A stretch of DNA of 62,179 bases, counting the filler. It is 5 parts of 5 records of this genome, joined end to end, with 100 filler letters (N's around TTAATTAATTAA, not from the genome) between each part and the next. Parts side by side here need not be neighbours in the genome. Positions count along the whole stretch, not along the records: positions 30,661 to 42,488 come from SRR31156797_13767; 4 more parts are not named here. One strand, 5' to 3'. A program made the position numbers and the translations under genes. Below, in pieces: positions 30,561 to 40,660 of the stretch (position 1 is the first letter of the stretch; the number at the start of each line of letters is the position of its first letter). A model generated the notes under the pieces. It saw only the letters and a program-made list of their open reading frames with translations, ran no database searches and had not been told where the DNA came from.

Positions 30561-30660
30561 NNNNNNNNNNNNNNNNNNNNNNNNNNNNNNNNNNNNNNNN
30601 NNNNTTAATTAATTAANNNNNNNNNNNNNNNNNNNNNNNNNNNNNNNNNNNNNNNNNNNN
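30561..30660. other. Artificial contig linker
   Basis: N runs around TTAATTAATTAA (stops in all six frames). Confidence 0.99.
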
Positions 30661-30661
30661 C

Positions 30662-31918
30662 ACCGACAACCAGGGCATCCTGGGCATCGGCGACCAGGGA
30701 GCGGGGGGCCTTGCCATCTGCCAGGGGAAACTGATGCTCTACACCCAGGGGGCCGGCATCGCGCCCTGGCACTGCCTGCCCATCTCCCTGGACGCGGGCA
30801 CGGACAATGAAGCGCTCCTGAACCACGACTACTACCTGGGATGGCCCCATGCACGCCTCAGGGGGGATGAGTACCTGGCGTTCGTGGAGAAGTTTGCCCG
30901 GGCCTTTAAAAAGGTATTCCCGGATGCCCTCTGCCAGTGGGAGGACTTTTCCAAGCAGAACGCCTTTACGGTACGGGACGCCTACCTGGATGAAATGATC
31001 TCCTTCAATGACGATATCCAGGGCACCGGCTCGGTCACCCTTGCGGGCATCCTCTCCGCCATGAAGATCAAGGGGGAGAAGCTCGGAGAGCAGGTCTTCC
31101 TGATCCATGGGGCCGGCGCCGGCGGCGTGGGCATCGGAGAGCAGATCGAAGAGGCACTGGTGGCGGAAGGAATGGGGGCTGAAGCGGCCCGTGCCCGGAT
31201 TTTCACCCTGGACAGCCGGGGCGTGGTGACCACGGACCGCATCCGGGAGCCCTACAAGGCGCGCTTTGCCAAAGCACCGGAACGCCTCACCTGGCTCAGC
31301 GACACCTGTGACGGGTCCCTTGAAAATGTTGTCAAGCATGAAAAGGTCTCGGTGCTCATCGGCACCTCCGGCCAGCAGGGATGTTTCACCAGGGAAATCA
31401 TCACCGCCATGCTCGACCACTGTGACAGGCCGGTGATCCTGCCCCTGAGCAACCCAACGGTCATGGCCGAGGCCCTTCCCGAAGATATCTACCAATGGAC
31501 CGACGGCAGGGCCCTGGTCGCAACGGGCAGCCCCTTTGCCCCGGTGGCGTTCGAAGGGCAGGAGTACCGGATCGGCCAGTGCAACAATGTGTTTGTCTTT
31601 CCCGGGGTCGGCCTGGGCGTCATTGCCTCGGGCGCAACAAAAGTACTTCCCTCCTTTTTCACGGCCGCGGCCCATGCCGTATCCAAATGTGTGGCGGACG
31701 CGGACCTTGAAAACGGTGTGCTCTTTCCCCCGGTTGAAACCCTCAGGGAAGTGAGCATCAAGGTGGCCAGGGAGGTGGCCAGGGCAGCGGTCAGGGAAGG
31801 CGTCACCCGACCCTGCGCCTTCAGTGAATTCGACCATGAAAACGCGTTTGAAAAAATCTGCGACACCATCGACAACATGGCCTGGGAACCGGAATATGTT
31901 CCCGTAACAGCGGCATAA
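30662..31918 (+). CDS. NAD(P)-dependent malic enzyme, 5'-truncated
   Basis: TDNQGILGIGDQG, QWEDF, FNDDIQGT, GAGAGG, PLSNPT, QCNN. Confidence 0.95.
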   Translation, partial: TDNQGILGIGDQGAGGLAICQGKLMLYTQGAGIAPWHCLPISLDAGTDNEALLNHDYYLGWPHARLRGDEYLAFVEKFARAFKKVFPDALCQWEDFSKQNAFTVRDAYLDEMISFNDDIQGTGSVTLAGILSAMKIKGEKLGEQVFLIHGAGAGGVGIGEQIEEALVAEGMGAEAARARIFTLDSRGVVTTDRIREPYKARFAKAPERLTWLSDTCDGSLENVVKHEKVSVLIGTSGQQGCFTREIITAMLDHCDRPVILPLSNPTVMAEALPEDIYQWTDGRALVATGSPFAPVAFEGQEYRIGQCNNVFVFPGVGLGVIASGATKVLPSFFTAAAHAVSKCVADADLENGVLFPPVETLREVSIKVAREVARAAVREGVTRPCAFSEFDHENAFEKICDTIDNMAWEPEYVPVTAA

Positions 31919-32071
31919 ACAAGGTTTCCGGAGGAGTGCGTCAAAGAACAGGAAAAACGCCCTCCCCCGGAACATACGCCGCCCATTGACAAAGGGCAAT
32001 TCCCTATGGTACGGGAGATGTTCGATTGTCAGTCAGGCAAAACCGTTTATCGTTGTATAAGGGTGGTTGTA

Positions 32072-32983
32072 ATGCTGAAAAACATGCCGAGTGCCAAAGT
32101 GATGCAGACCTTTGAGTCTGCCGCCAGATTGGAAAGTTTCACCCTTGCCGCCAAAGAGCTGTTCCTCACCCAGAGCGCCATCAGCCGCCAGATCAAAAGC
32201 CTCGAGGAGACCCTGGAGTTTGAAGTCTTTATCCGGGAAAACAACCGCCTGATCCTCACGGAAGACGGCCAGATTTTTTACGAGGTGGTCAGCAAGGCCC
32301 TGGCGGAATTGTCTTCCACTGTGGATTATCTGCGCCAGAAGGAGGTGGAGCCCCGCCTCCGGCTGCTTCTGCCCCCGACCTTTTCTTCCAGGTGGCTCGC
32401 CCCCCGGCTCCCGGAGTTCCGCCGCGTCTGCTCGGCGCCCCTGACCCTGACCAACCACCAGAACCTGAGCTACAGCCCCACTGGAGACTATGACTGCCAG
32501 GTCGCATTCGGCGGGGATGAACTCCATGCCATGGGCGGCACCATGCTTTTCCCCGAAGCCATTGTCCCGGCCTGCACCCCGGCCCTGAAAGAGCAGATCG
32601 TCTCCTCCGGCGACACCGAGGGGATCCCCCTGCTGCACACCCTGGACAACAACCGCCGTCTGCCTTACTGGGAGGTGTGGCTCGACCGCCATAACGACAC
32701 CATCATCAACCCGTCGGCAGTGGAGATCGCCACGGGCATCGAGTTCAGCACCCAGGATCAGACCATCATTGCGGCCGTGTCCGGGCTTGGCATTGTGATG
32801 CTCGATATCAACATCGCCCAGCATGTCCTGAGCCAAGGATACCTGGTGCCCCTCGGCGATCCGGTCAACACCATTTACGGGTACTGGATCTCCCGCCCCA
32901 GGAACAGGAAGAAACAAAACAAAAACGCCCAACTCCTCTACAACTGGATTCGGAAGCAGGCAAAAGAATGCCTCCACGGCTGA
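32072..32983 (+). CDS. LysR-family regulator (GcvA-like)
   Basis: FESAARLESFTLAAKELFLTQSAISRQIKSLEE; PTFSSRWLAPRL. Confidence 0.92.
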   Translation: MLKNMPSAKVMQTFESAARLESFTLAAKELFLTQSAISRQIKSLEETLEFEVFIRENNRLILTEDGQIFYEVVSKALAELSSTVDYLRQKEVEPRLRLLLPPTFSSRWLAPRLPEFRRVCSAPLTLTNHQNLSYSPTGDYDCQVAFGGDELHAMGGTMLFPEAIVPACTPALKEQIVSSGDTEGIPLLHTLDNNRRLPYWEVWLDRHNDTIINPSAVEIATGIEFSTQDQTIIAAVSGLGIVMLDINIAQHVLSQGYLVPLGDPVNTIYGYWISRPRNRKKQNKNAQLLYNWIRKQAKECLHG

Positions 32984-33009
32984 TCCACCTATGACCCTAT
33001 GGAGACCCC

Positions 33010-33240
33010 ATGCCGGCAACAATCGAAGTCAAGCTCCTGCCCCCGCTGGATAAATACAGCCCCCAAGACGGAAAAGCGACCATCCGTCCGGGAGACACGG
33101 TCCACGCCCTCATTGAAAGCCTTGGGCTCGATCCCCAACTGGTACAGCTGGCATCCCTGGACGGCCGGTTTGCCGGCTTTCACACCCCCCTGGATCATGT
33201 GAAACGCGTCCTGCTGATGCCCTCCATCGGCGGGGGATGA
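33010..33240 (+). CDS. MoaD/ThiS-family sulfur carrier
   Basis: 76 aa, beta-grasp size, C-terminal PSIGGG. Confidence 0.8.
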   Translation: MPATIEVKLLPPLDKYSPQDGKATIRPGDTVHALIESLGLDPQLVQLASLDGRFAGFHTPLDHVKRVLLMPSIGGG

Positions 33241-33507
33241 TCCCGAAGCTTCCCACTGGAGACGTCACGAGTCAGCCAGCCTGCCTTTCGCTTTTCTTTT
33301 CATGGGCAAAAAAGCTGTTGTAAGCCATGATAGCACAAGGGTACAGATAAAGGTAATCACAAGGAGTTAGCCCTGGGCTTTGATGCCCCTGGGAGCAAGG
33401 CGATGCGTCGGCAATTCAGGTGGATCAGGGCAGGAAACCGGTGGACCCGCTGTCCGGGACCGGTCCCCTGCCCTGTCTGTCAATCCTGTGAAGTCGCCGC
33501 AGCCCTC

Positions 33508-34812
33508 CTACCGGATCAGGTTCGGCAGGAATGTGGCAATGGAAGGAAACATGATCATGATGGCCGTTCCAACAAACAAGGCAAAGAGAAAGGGAAGCAC
33601 GCCGATGAAGATCTCCTCCAGGGGCACCTCCTGGTCAAGGCCCTTGACGATATAGACGTTCACCCCCACGGGCGGTGTGATGATGCCCATCTGGGTGATG
33701 AGCACGATGATCACGCCAAACCAGATCAGGTCATAGCCAAGGCTTTGCACGATGGGATAAAAGATCGGAATGGTCAGGGTGATCAGGGCCAATGCATCGA
33801 TGAAACAGCCGCCGATCAGGTAGATGACGCAGATAAAGGAGATGATGGCCCATCCCGGCCAGTTCAGGGTCGCCACCAGGTTGGCGCCCTCCATGGGAAT
33901 CCGCGTCAGGGCGAGGAAATGACCGAAAATGGTCGCGCCCGCCACAAGCATGATCACCATGGCCGAGGTCTTGAGGGTATCATAGACAGCGCTCTTGAAG
34001 TTCTGCCAGGAAAGCTTCCTTTGGGCAACGGCGATGACCAGCAGGGCAAAGGACCCCACGGCCCCGGCCTTGGTCGGGGTGAAAAATCCGAAAAACATTC
34101 CCCCCATGACCACAAAGAACACTACCGCGGTCTCCCAGATCTCCAGCAGTGCACAAAGCCGCTCCCTCAGGGAGAAGTGTTCCCCCCTGGCTCCCTGCTC
34201 CGGGTACATTGAGCAATAGATTACAATGGCCACGATAAAGAGCCCGGCAATGAGAAAGGCGGGAATGATGCCCGCAATAAAGAGCTTGCCGATGGACAGC
34301 TGGGTCAGGATGCCGTAGATGATGAGGATGACGCTGGGGGGCATGAGCACGCCGATGCCGCCGCCCGCCGCCACACAGCCAGTTGCAAGCCGCTGGCCGT
34401 AGTTGTAGCGTTTCATCTCGGGCAGCCCGATGGTGCCCATGGTGGCAGCCGTTGCCGTGGTGGAGCCGCAGATCGCCCCAAAGGCGGTGCAGGCGGCCAC
34501 GGTGGCCATGGCAAGCCCTCCCCGGACCCGTCCCATGCACCTGTAGGCCACATCATAAAGCTTGGCGCTCACCCCTGAATAATAGGCAATGAACCCCATG
34601 AACACAAACAGGGGAACCAGGGCAAGGCTGTAGGAGGAGAACACATCATACATATCCCGGGAAAGCAGGGAAACGGCAGCCGTGAAATTCGTCAGGTACC
34701 AGTACCCGGCAAATCCCACCACGGCCATGGCATAGGCCACGGCCAGCCGGGTAAAAAAGAGCAGCAGCAGCACCGCAATACCGATAAATCCAACCAATAC
34801 ATACTCATTCAT
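33508..34812 (-). CDS. dctM: TRAP transporter large permease
   Basis: PLFVFMG, GSTTAT, LMPPS, ITPPVG. Confidence 0.95.
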   Translation of the reverse strand: MNEYVLVGFIGIAVLLLLFFTRLAVAYAMAVVGFAGYWYLTNFTAAVSLLSRDMYDVFSSYSLALVPLFVFMGFIAYYSGVSAKLYDVAYRCMGRVRGGLAMATVAACTAFGAICGSTTATAATMGTIGLPEMKRYNYGQRLATGCVAAGGGIGVLMPPSVILIIYGILTQLSIGKLFIAGIIPAFLIAGLFIVAIVIYCSMYPEQGARGEHFSLRERLCALLEIWETAVVFFVVMGGMFFGFFTPTKAGAVGSFALLVIAVAQRKLSWQNFKSAVYDTLKTSAMVIMLVAGATIFGHFLALTRIPMEGANLVATLNWPGWAIISFICVIYLIGGCFIDALALITLTIPIFYPIVQSLGYDLIWFGVIIVLITQMGIITPPVGVNVYIVKGLDQEVPLEEIFIGVLPFLFALFVGTAIMIMFPSIATFLPNLIR

Positions 34813-35272
34813 GGCGGCCACCTCCCACAATGCCGACCAGCTGCGCCGCCACCACAAGGGTCAGGGCGCCACAGCCAAAGGCCACGGCATAGATAATATA
34901 AAATGTGGGGATCTCCAGAATGGCCGATACCTGGCCGATCCGTTTGAGCTGGACGCCGTAGTTGCAGCACTCCCAGGTCATGAGTCCGAAAAAGCCGATC
35001 ATCAGAACCGACAGGATTGCGTTGTTGATCCGCTTGATCTTCGGCGGAAGCTTCATGTAAAGAATGTCCACCCCGATATGGGCCTTGTCCGCATGGGCCG
35101 CGGGAAGCACAAAGGCAATGAGAAGGGCCGCCATCAGAGAAACGATCTCTTCGGATCCCAGCACCGGAAATCCAAAGAAATTGCCCACCACATCGGTGCA
35201 GGTGACAAGCATCATGGCCACCAGCATAATGCCGGAGAGCATTCTCATAAACCCAGATAACCTGTTAATCAT
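34805..35272 (-). CDS. dctQ: TRAP transporter small permease
   Basis: Four TM helices, GSEEIV, HIGVDIL. Confidence 0.9.
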   Translation of the reverse strand: MINRLSGFMRMLSGIMLVAMMLVTCTDVVGNFFGFPVLGSEEIVSLMAALLIAFVLPAAHADKAHIGVDILYMKLPPKIKRINNAILSVLMIGFFGLMTWECCNYGVQLKRIGQVSAILEIPTFYIIYAVAFGCGALTLVVAAQLVGIVGGGRHE

Positions 35273-35402
35273 CAATCTTTCCTTATAAACCTTATAAAAC
35301 AGTCGAACGGTCCCCGACCCCGCAGCAGGCCGTTCAACCAGCAACATGTCAAACCGCGTTTGTTGCAGGCCCGGGGGTTGGGAACCGTTTTTTTATGAAC
35401 GT

Positions 35403-36458
35403 TTAGAGGTAACTGCTCTCGAACTTGCCCTTGGCGTTATCTTCCAGGCGTTTGTTGAGGAACTTCAGGGCCCCTTTTCCGTCAACCCCTCGTTTCTCTG
35501 TCTTCTCAAGGTAGGTGTCAAACACGGGAGTCACAGCCTTTTTCCAGCGCTTGGCCTCATCCGGATCGATGCCGATCATGGAATTGCCAAGGCCAAGGGA
35601 GAATCCCGCCCCTTCATAATCGCTCTCATCCCAGGCAGCACCGTGCTTGGCAGCCCACTCACGGTTGATATCGTTGATGGCGGCCTTGGCGTTATCGGAC
35701 AGGGCGTCCCACTTGCGCTGGTTCATGACCACGAAAAAACCGACCGAGTAGGCCGTGGGATAGCAGGCGATCGTATAATCGGTAACCTCACCCATTTTCC
35801 ATCCCTTGTTGGTCTCCTCGGGATAGACAGCCCCCCCCACAACGCCCTTCTGAAGGGCCTGGTACACTTCCGGCATGGGCATGGACACGGGCGTCGCCCC
35901 CAACGCCTTGATCATTCCGGCAACCGATCCGGTGGACCGGATTTTCAAGCCCTTGAGATCCTCCAGGGTCTTGACCGCCTTATTCTGGGTGTGGATGAAT
36001 CCGGGGCCATGGGCATGGAGAAACATCACCTTTGTATCGGAAAGCTCAGCCGGTTTAAATTTATCGTAAAGTTCGTTCACCACGGCCGTGGCAAATCGTC
36101 CGCTGGGATTGCCAAAGGGAAGGTTGATGGCATCCATCAACGGAAATCGCCCCCGGGTATAGAGGAGACAAGACATGCCGATGTCGGTCCGGCCGGTAAC
36201 GACGCCGTCATAAATTTGGGCCGCTTTGACCAATGTATTGCCGGCAAAATAGGAGATCCTGACCTCACCGTTGGTTCTCTTCTCCACCTCCTTGCACCAT
36301 GACTCGGCCAGTTTGCTCTGGACATGGCTGGGCGGGAAGAAGTTACTGTAGGTCATGTTGACCCCCTTGGCCGATGCAGTTCCGGACAGGACCGGAACCG
36401 TTGCAAGAAAGAAGGCTCCAAGGATCAGGGAGACGATCGATGTTGACACCGGTTTCAT
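35403..36458 (-). CDS. dctP: TRAP substrate-binding protein
   Basis: Signal peptide, EKRTNGEV, DLKGLKIRS, EVYQALQKG; GAGGAG RBS. Confidence 0.93.
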   Translation of the reverse strand: MKPVSTSIVSLILGAFFLATVPVLSGTASAKGVNMTYSNFFPPSHVQSKLAESWCKEVEKRTNGEVRISYFAGNTLVKAAQIYDGVVTGRTDIGMSCLLYTRGRFPLMDAINLPFGNPSGRFATAVVNELYDKFKPAELSDTKVMFLHAHGPGFIHTQNKAVKTLEDLKGLKIRSTGSVAGMIKALGATPVSMPMPEVYQALQKGVVGGAVYPEETNKGWKMGEVTDYTIACYPTAYSVGFFVVMNQRKWDALSDNAKAAINDINREWAAKHGAAWDESDYEGAGFSLGLGNSMIGIDPDEAKRWKKAVTPVFDTYLEKTEKRGVDGKGALKFLNKRLEDNAKGKFESSYL

Positions 36459-36624
36459 ACGAAATTCCTCCTCAAGGATTTTTGCCGCAAGCGTTATGCT
36501 CCCAGCGTTAATAAGGTTAAATCTTCTTACATATACCGTCGTCACCCGTATGTCCAGCCTCAATTGACATTCATTCAAATTCAAGTAAAAACGACCGAAG
36601 GGCTTCATAAGGATATGCAGAAAC

Positions 36625-36653
36625 AAAAAATCCGGCCCCATAAGGACCGGATT
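36625..36653 (-). terminator. Intrinsic terminator ending the secreted-protein cluster
   Basis: AATCCGGTCC-TTAT-GGGGCCGGATT followed by a T run on the minus strand. Confidence 0.65.
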
Positions 36654-36685
36654 CCTTGTTTCAACACCACTTTTTATATTAAATT

Positions 36686-37684
36686 TTATTGTTCAGGGCA
36701 GGTGGGACAACCCGATTCACCCCAGTTCTCCCCGAACTTGAGCCAGTCCTGCATGTCGCAAATACCATCTCCGTTTATATCGCACTCGCATTTTACGCCC
36801 GGTTGATTACAATCGGTCCTGCCCCAATCATCGCCAAACGCGAGCCAATCCTGCATATCGCATTGACTGTCACGGTTGAGATCACATTCGCAGACGTCTT
36901 CTCCAAATGGCCGGCAGCTTACGCGTCCCCATCTTCCATAATTGTCTTTCATTCGCACCTGAAGGAAATGATTCCCGGTGCTATATCCCGAAGCGTCAAA
37001 TTCAAAAGAGACACTCTCTTCAGGCTCATCCCATGCCCAGTCTTTCGGGAAAAAAATTGAAGTTCCCTGGCCCTGGCCCGGATCATCATCCACAAAATAT
37101 TCCGCTGCAACCAGAACCGGAGCAGGGTCATATATTTGAACGGTATAGCTTCTGGTTGGCCCCCACAAGTTTTCAGAATCCTTCATGCGGCAATACAACT
37201 TGTGGATCCCGGGTGACAAACCGGAAACATCAATATCCTGGCATCTGACCTCTTCACCGGCCCCATTCCAGGAACCATCGGCACATTGGCAGGCAATTCC
37301 GTTCCCCTCTCCCGGATCAGAATCAAAAAAGTACTCGGCACCGGTTATATGTTTGTCACCGGTCACAACAAGATTTGGTTTTACCATCCTGTTCTCATTC
37401 AATATGGGACGGGGCAGCCCCCATTGACCGCTGTCATTTTTCGTCCTGCAATAAACCGTGTGGAACCCTGGCTTAAGATCGAGGTCAGCAAGGTTTACGG
37501 AGCACACCAACGCCTCGTTTTCTTCATCAAAAGCGCCGTCAGCAGCTTCCATTGGGATGCCGTTGCCCTCGCCCGGATCATGGTCGATAAAGCATTCCGC
37601 CCCTTTGAGGATTGCGGCTCCCGCACTCACCGGGACCAGGAGAAAGCCACACAGTAAAGCAATAAACAATATTTTAATCTGCAT
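36686..37684 (-). CDS. Secreted protein with three AEYFxDxDPGxGxG repeats and two C-terminal Cys-dockerin-like motifs
   Basis: Signal peptide; repeats AECFIDHDPGEGNG, AEYFFDSDPGEGNG, AEYFVDDDPGQGQG; CECD..WG..C twice. Confidence 0.85.
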   Translation of the reverse strand: MQIKILFIALLCGFLLVPVSAGAAILKGAECFIDHDPGEGNGIPMEAADGAFDEENEALVCSVNLADLDLKPGFHTVYCRTKNDSGQWGLPRPILNENRMVKPNLVVTGDKHITGAEYFFDSDPGEGNGIACQCADGSWNGAGEEVRCQDIDVSGLSPGIHKLYCRMKDSENLWGPTRSYTVQIYDPAPVLVAAEYFVDDDPGQGQGTSIFFPKDWAWDEPEESVSFEFDASGYSTGNHFLQVRMKDNYGRWGRVSCRPFGEDVCECDLNRDSQCDMQDWLAFGDDWGRTDCNQPGVKCECDINGDGICDMQDWLKFGENWGESGCPTCPEQ

Positions 37685-37702
37685 GATGAAAACCTCCCGG
37701 TT

Positions 37703-38686
37703 CTATTCCTGCCCTGACGAATATGGCCTTACCCTGCCTCTTGCCCTGATGGATATTGTTCCATTTGAAGGCACGGCAGCTGGCGTGACGACAAGATCGG
37801 TAACAACCGGCGCCCCGGGGGAACCCGGCCAGAAACCGGCTGCCCCGGGGCCGCCGTATGCCCCCATGTTGTTTCGGGTGCCGTCCGGATCAAGTTCTGT
37901 CTTTACGGGCCAGCCGGCATCGATGCACGGGGAGAGTGGCATAAGCCGGTAGTTCCCCGTGGACGAGTCAACAAAGCGAGGATTTTCTGAAATACTCCCG
38001 GTTCCTGCCGAGCAACCACAATAATTAGTACCGTTACTCCAAATATTATTATCAAAAACAGTCAAGTTGGTATACCTAACATTCAGACCACAACCGCCGT
38101 TCAACGCTATTATATTATTATAAATTTTGGCCGTCACCCAGTAAGAGTCACCGTACATATATATCCCGTCTTTGGAACATGCAACGATCGTATTATTTTT
38201 AATTTCAGTATTAGATCGCCTTCGATTTCCACAGTATATTCCATATTCGGCACTAATAATATTATTTGAAATGATCGTATTAGAATAAGAATTAATAAAG
38301 ACACCGTACTTAGGACTTGAAATCCTAAACCCGCTTATAGTCAACTCAATACTTTCCGGCACAGTCACGGCTGCATCCTTTCCTGTATCCGTGGCATCAA
38401 GATATGTTATATCCGGCCCGGCTCCATATATTTTCAAGAGCTTATTTACTATAAGACCCTCTTCATAGATGCCGTCGCTCACCCTTATGGAATCACCATC
38501 ATAGGTTGTATCCGCATCAATCGCCCCCTGGATGGTCTGGAAAGGATTATCAACACTTCCATCCCATGGTCCGGCCATGTTTCTGCAATCCACAAACACC
38601 TCGTCAGCCAAGGCCAGGGAAGATAGAGACAATAACAATACGCTGAAGATACAGGCAATCGTTTTGAACGTCTTTCCGGTTTTCAT
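37703..38686 (-). CDS. Secreted right-handed beta-helix (pectin-lyase-like / DUF1565) protein
   Basis: Signal peptide; DGSVDNPFQTIQGAID, GIYEE, NNII/NNTI repeats, SPCIDAG, DPDGTRNNMGAYGG. Confidence 0.85.
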   Translation of the reverse strand: MKTGKTFKTIACIFSVLLLSLSSLALADEVFVDCRNMAGPWDGSVDNPFQTIQGAIDADTTYDGDSIRVSDGIYEEGLIVNKLLKIYGAGPDITYLDATDTGKDAAVTVPESIELTISGFRISSPKYGVFINSYSNTIISNNIISAEYGIYCGNRRRSNTEIKNNTIVACSKDGIYMYGDSYWVTAKIYNNIIALNGGCGLNVRYTNLTVFDNNIWSNGTNYCGCSAGTGSISENPRFVDSSTGNYRLMPLSPCIDAGWPVKTELDPDGTRNNMGAYGGPGAAGFWPGSPGAPVVTDLVVTPAAVPSNGTISIRARGRVRPYSSGQE

Positions 38687-38768
38687 TAAAACCCCTCCTC
38701 TAAAATATTAGTTACCGTTATCATGAACCTTGGGAACAATTCGCCAAAGCTCATAAACCCAAGAAGAT

Positions 38769-40561
38769 CTAAGGGATTACCGGACAATCGGTCCGGCCCC
38801 AGTCGTTTCCAAATAACAGCCAGTCCGCCATGTCGCAGTTGGTATCCGTGTTCAGGTTGCATTCACAGGTATCTGCTGAAACCGTAAGCACCCCATGATT
38901 GGGCAGATCATCATTGGGAAGGAGTATGAAACTGCCGCCTCCGCCCCAGCTAGCGGTCCGCAACAGGATATCGACACTGGCGCCCGGATTGTCGATGCAC
39001 CCAAAGGGAACGGTGAGGTAGAGCCGGTTGGCCATGGTAATGGTAGTCAACTGATTCTTGACAAGCGCCTGTTCCGGCGGAAGGCATTTATACAGATGGG
39101 TGACCTGTTTGAGAAGCTCGGTATTCCAATAGGTTAAAATGACATACTCGATTCCCACATGGGTATCCCGGGCAAGATTCACCATGTCCCAACCGGTGGC
39201 TGGATCGCGGTCCGAATCAAGATAGATGAGGGTGACCCCATCGTTGCTGAGGGCATAGCTCTTGTAGTCAATGGCAAAAAGAAGGGCGTTATCCCCTATA
39301 CAAAAATCAGCACCCAACAACTCGTCATTATCCAGGCCAAAGGCTCCCACGGAATCATCAGGGGGATCTATCTGAAGCCTTAACTCGTAATCGATCCCAA
39401 AAGCCGGGGGATGCTGTTCAGAGTTGCTGAACCCGGTGCAGAGGCTATGGTCAGTATCCATACCGATCCAGACAAACAGACCTTCATCCCCGGGATTGAG
39501 CCCCAGATTCTCCACCGAATGGTTGTAGGTCAGGACCAGTTGAAGGGTGTCACCGACGACCTCTGCCTCAACCCGCCTGATATTGGGGAAGTCCGGCTCG
39601 CCGGGACCTGTCACGGGATCGGCCAGATCCGCCCGGATCGTTGTATCCCCTGTAAACCGGACCGTCACCTCGTCCGTATCCGTTGCAAAGACACCGACAT
39701 CCGGAGCACGGTCAAAATCGGCTGTAACCCCAAGGGCGATATCGGCAACCCAGAAAAGATCCATGGATGAGTCATTGCCCAGCAGGGAAAGCGGAATCGT
39801 GTAACTTAAGCAGTTGCCTGCCAGGGCAAAGGTAGACAGGCTGGTGGTTCCGGAAGCGGTCTCAAGGGACAGAACTGGCGAATACTCCTGATAGATGAAA
39901 CTCACCAGGACCTCCGTTCCCGGGATTCTGCTCACCCCTGCGCCGGTTGCGAGATTCTGATATAGATCAATGGCCATGATACCGGCCATGGAACCGGTCG
40001 GCGGCGTCCTGAAGGTAATGCTTACCTCCAGGTTTCCGCCTGCCACCATTGCCTTTACGTGGGTCATATCCAAATAGTGATCCCCCATGGTATCGAAAAG
40101 CTGTGGGCCGGAAGGCCGGTAAACTCAAAAGGTGCCGAACCGCTATTATTACTTCGGTTTGAATCGGTGATAAACCCATGGGGATCAATGAGGAGCCCCA
40201 CATCTGACGGCGGGACAGGATCTCCGAACGGCGGCAGAGCAATCTCTTTTGTAATGGTGATCTCATCTCCGGAATACAGAATAATCGACAAGGTATCAAG
40301 CTCCCCCAACGCCATATCAACTACAGAGATCCCACTGTCTTCCGATAAGAACCATTGCACCTGAAAGGCCAGGGCCATGCCGGGCCCGTTGTTGCCGATG
40401 CGCGCCTGGAGGGAAACCGTATCGCCTGCCTGGCCTGAGCCAGGGGTCACTGTGACCCATTTCACATAGAGATCCTGGGCAAAGGCAATAGTATTATTCA
40501 AACAAATCAGCCACGCCAGCAAACCGTCTGCCCGGACACACCTTCTGAAAAAGCCGTTCAT
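38769..40561 (-). pseudogene. Frameshifted secreted protein: CARDB-like domain, three DxDx[ND]xxTG beta-sandwich repeats, one Cys-dockerin-like motif
   Basis: ORFs 40064-40561 and 38769-40088 join if one base is added to the A4 run at 40096-40099 (AHSFFDTMGDH). Could be a sequencing error. Confidence 0.65.
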
Positions 40562-40660
40562 CGTTGCCTCCTTCTTGCTTGTGGACACAATCAAACCATG
40601 AAAAATGGTTACCCGCCGAAACAGGCGCCAAAGAAAAGGATTGCTCACAGCCGGCTTATT

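Noticed and set aside
31919-32071. GGCAAAACC suggesting a c-di-GMP-I riboswitch
   Set aside because: The paired stems and the second conserved motif are not evident.
30605-33022. Long minus-strand ORFs 30605-31999 and 32033-33022
   Set aside because: Antisense shadows of malic enzyme and LysR in GC-rich DNA.
33403-36302. Plus-strand ORFs 33403-34212 and 35346-36302
   Set aside because: Antisense shadows of dctM and dctP.
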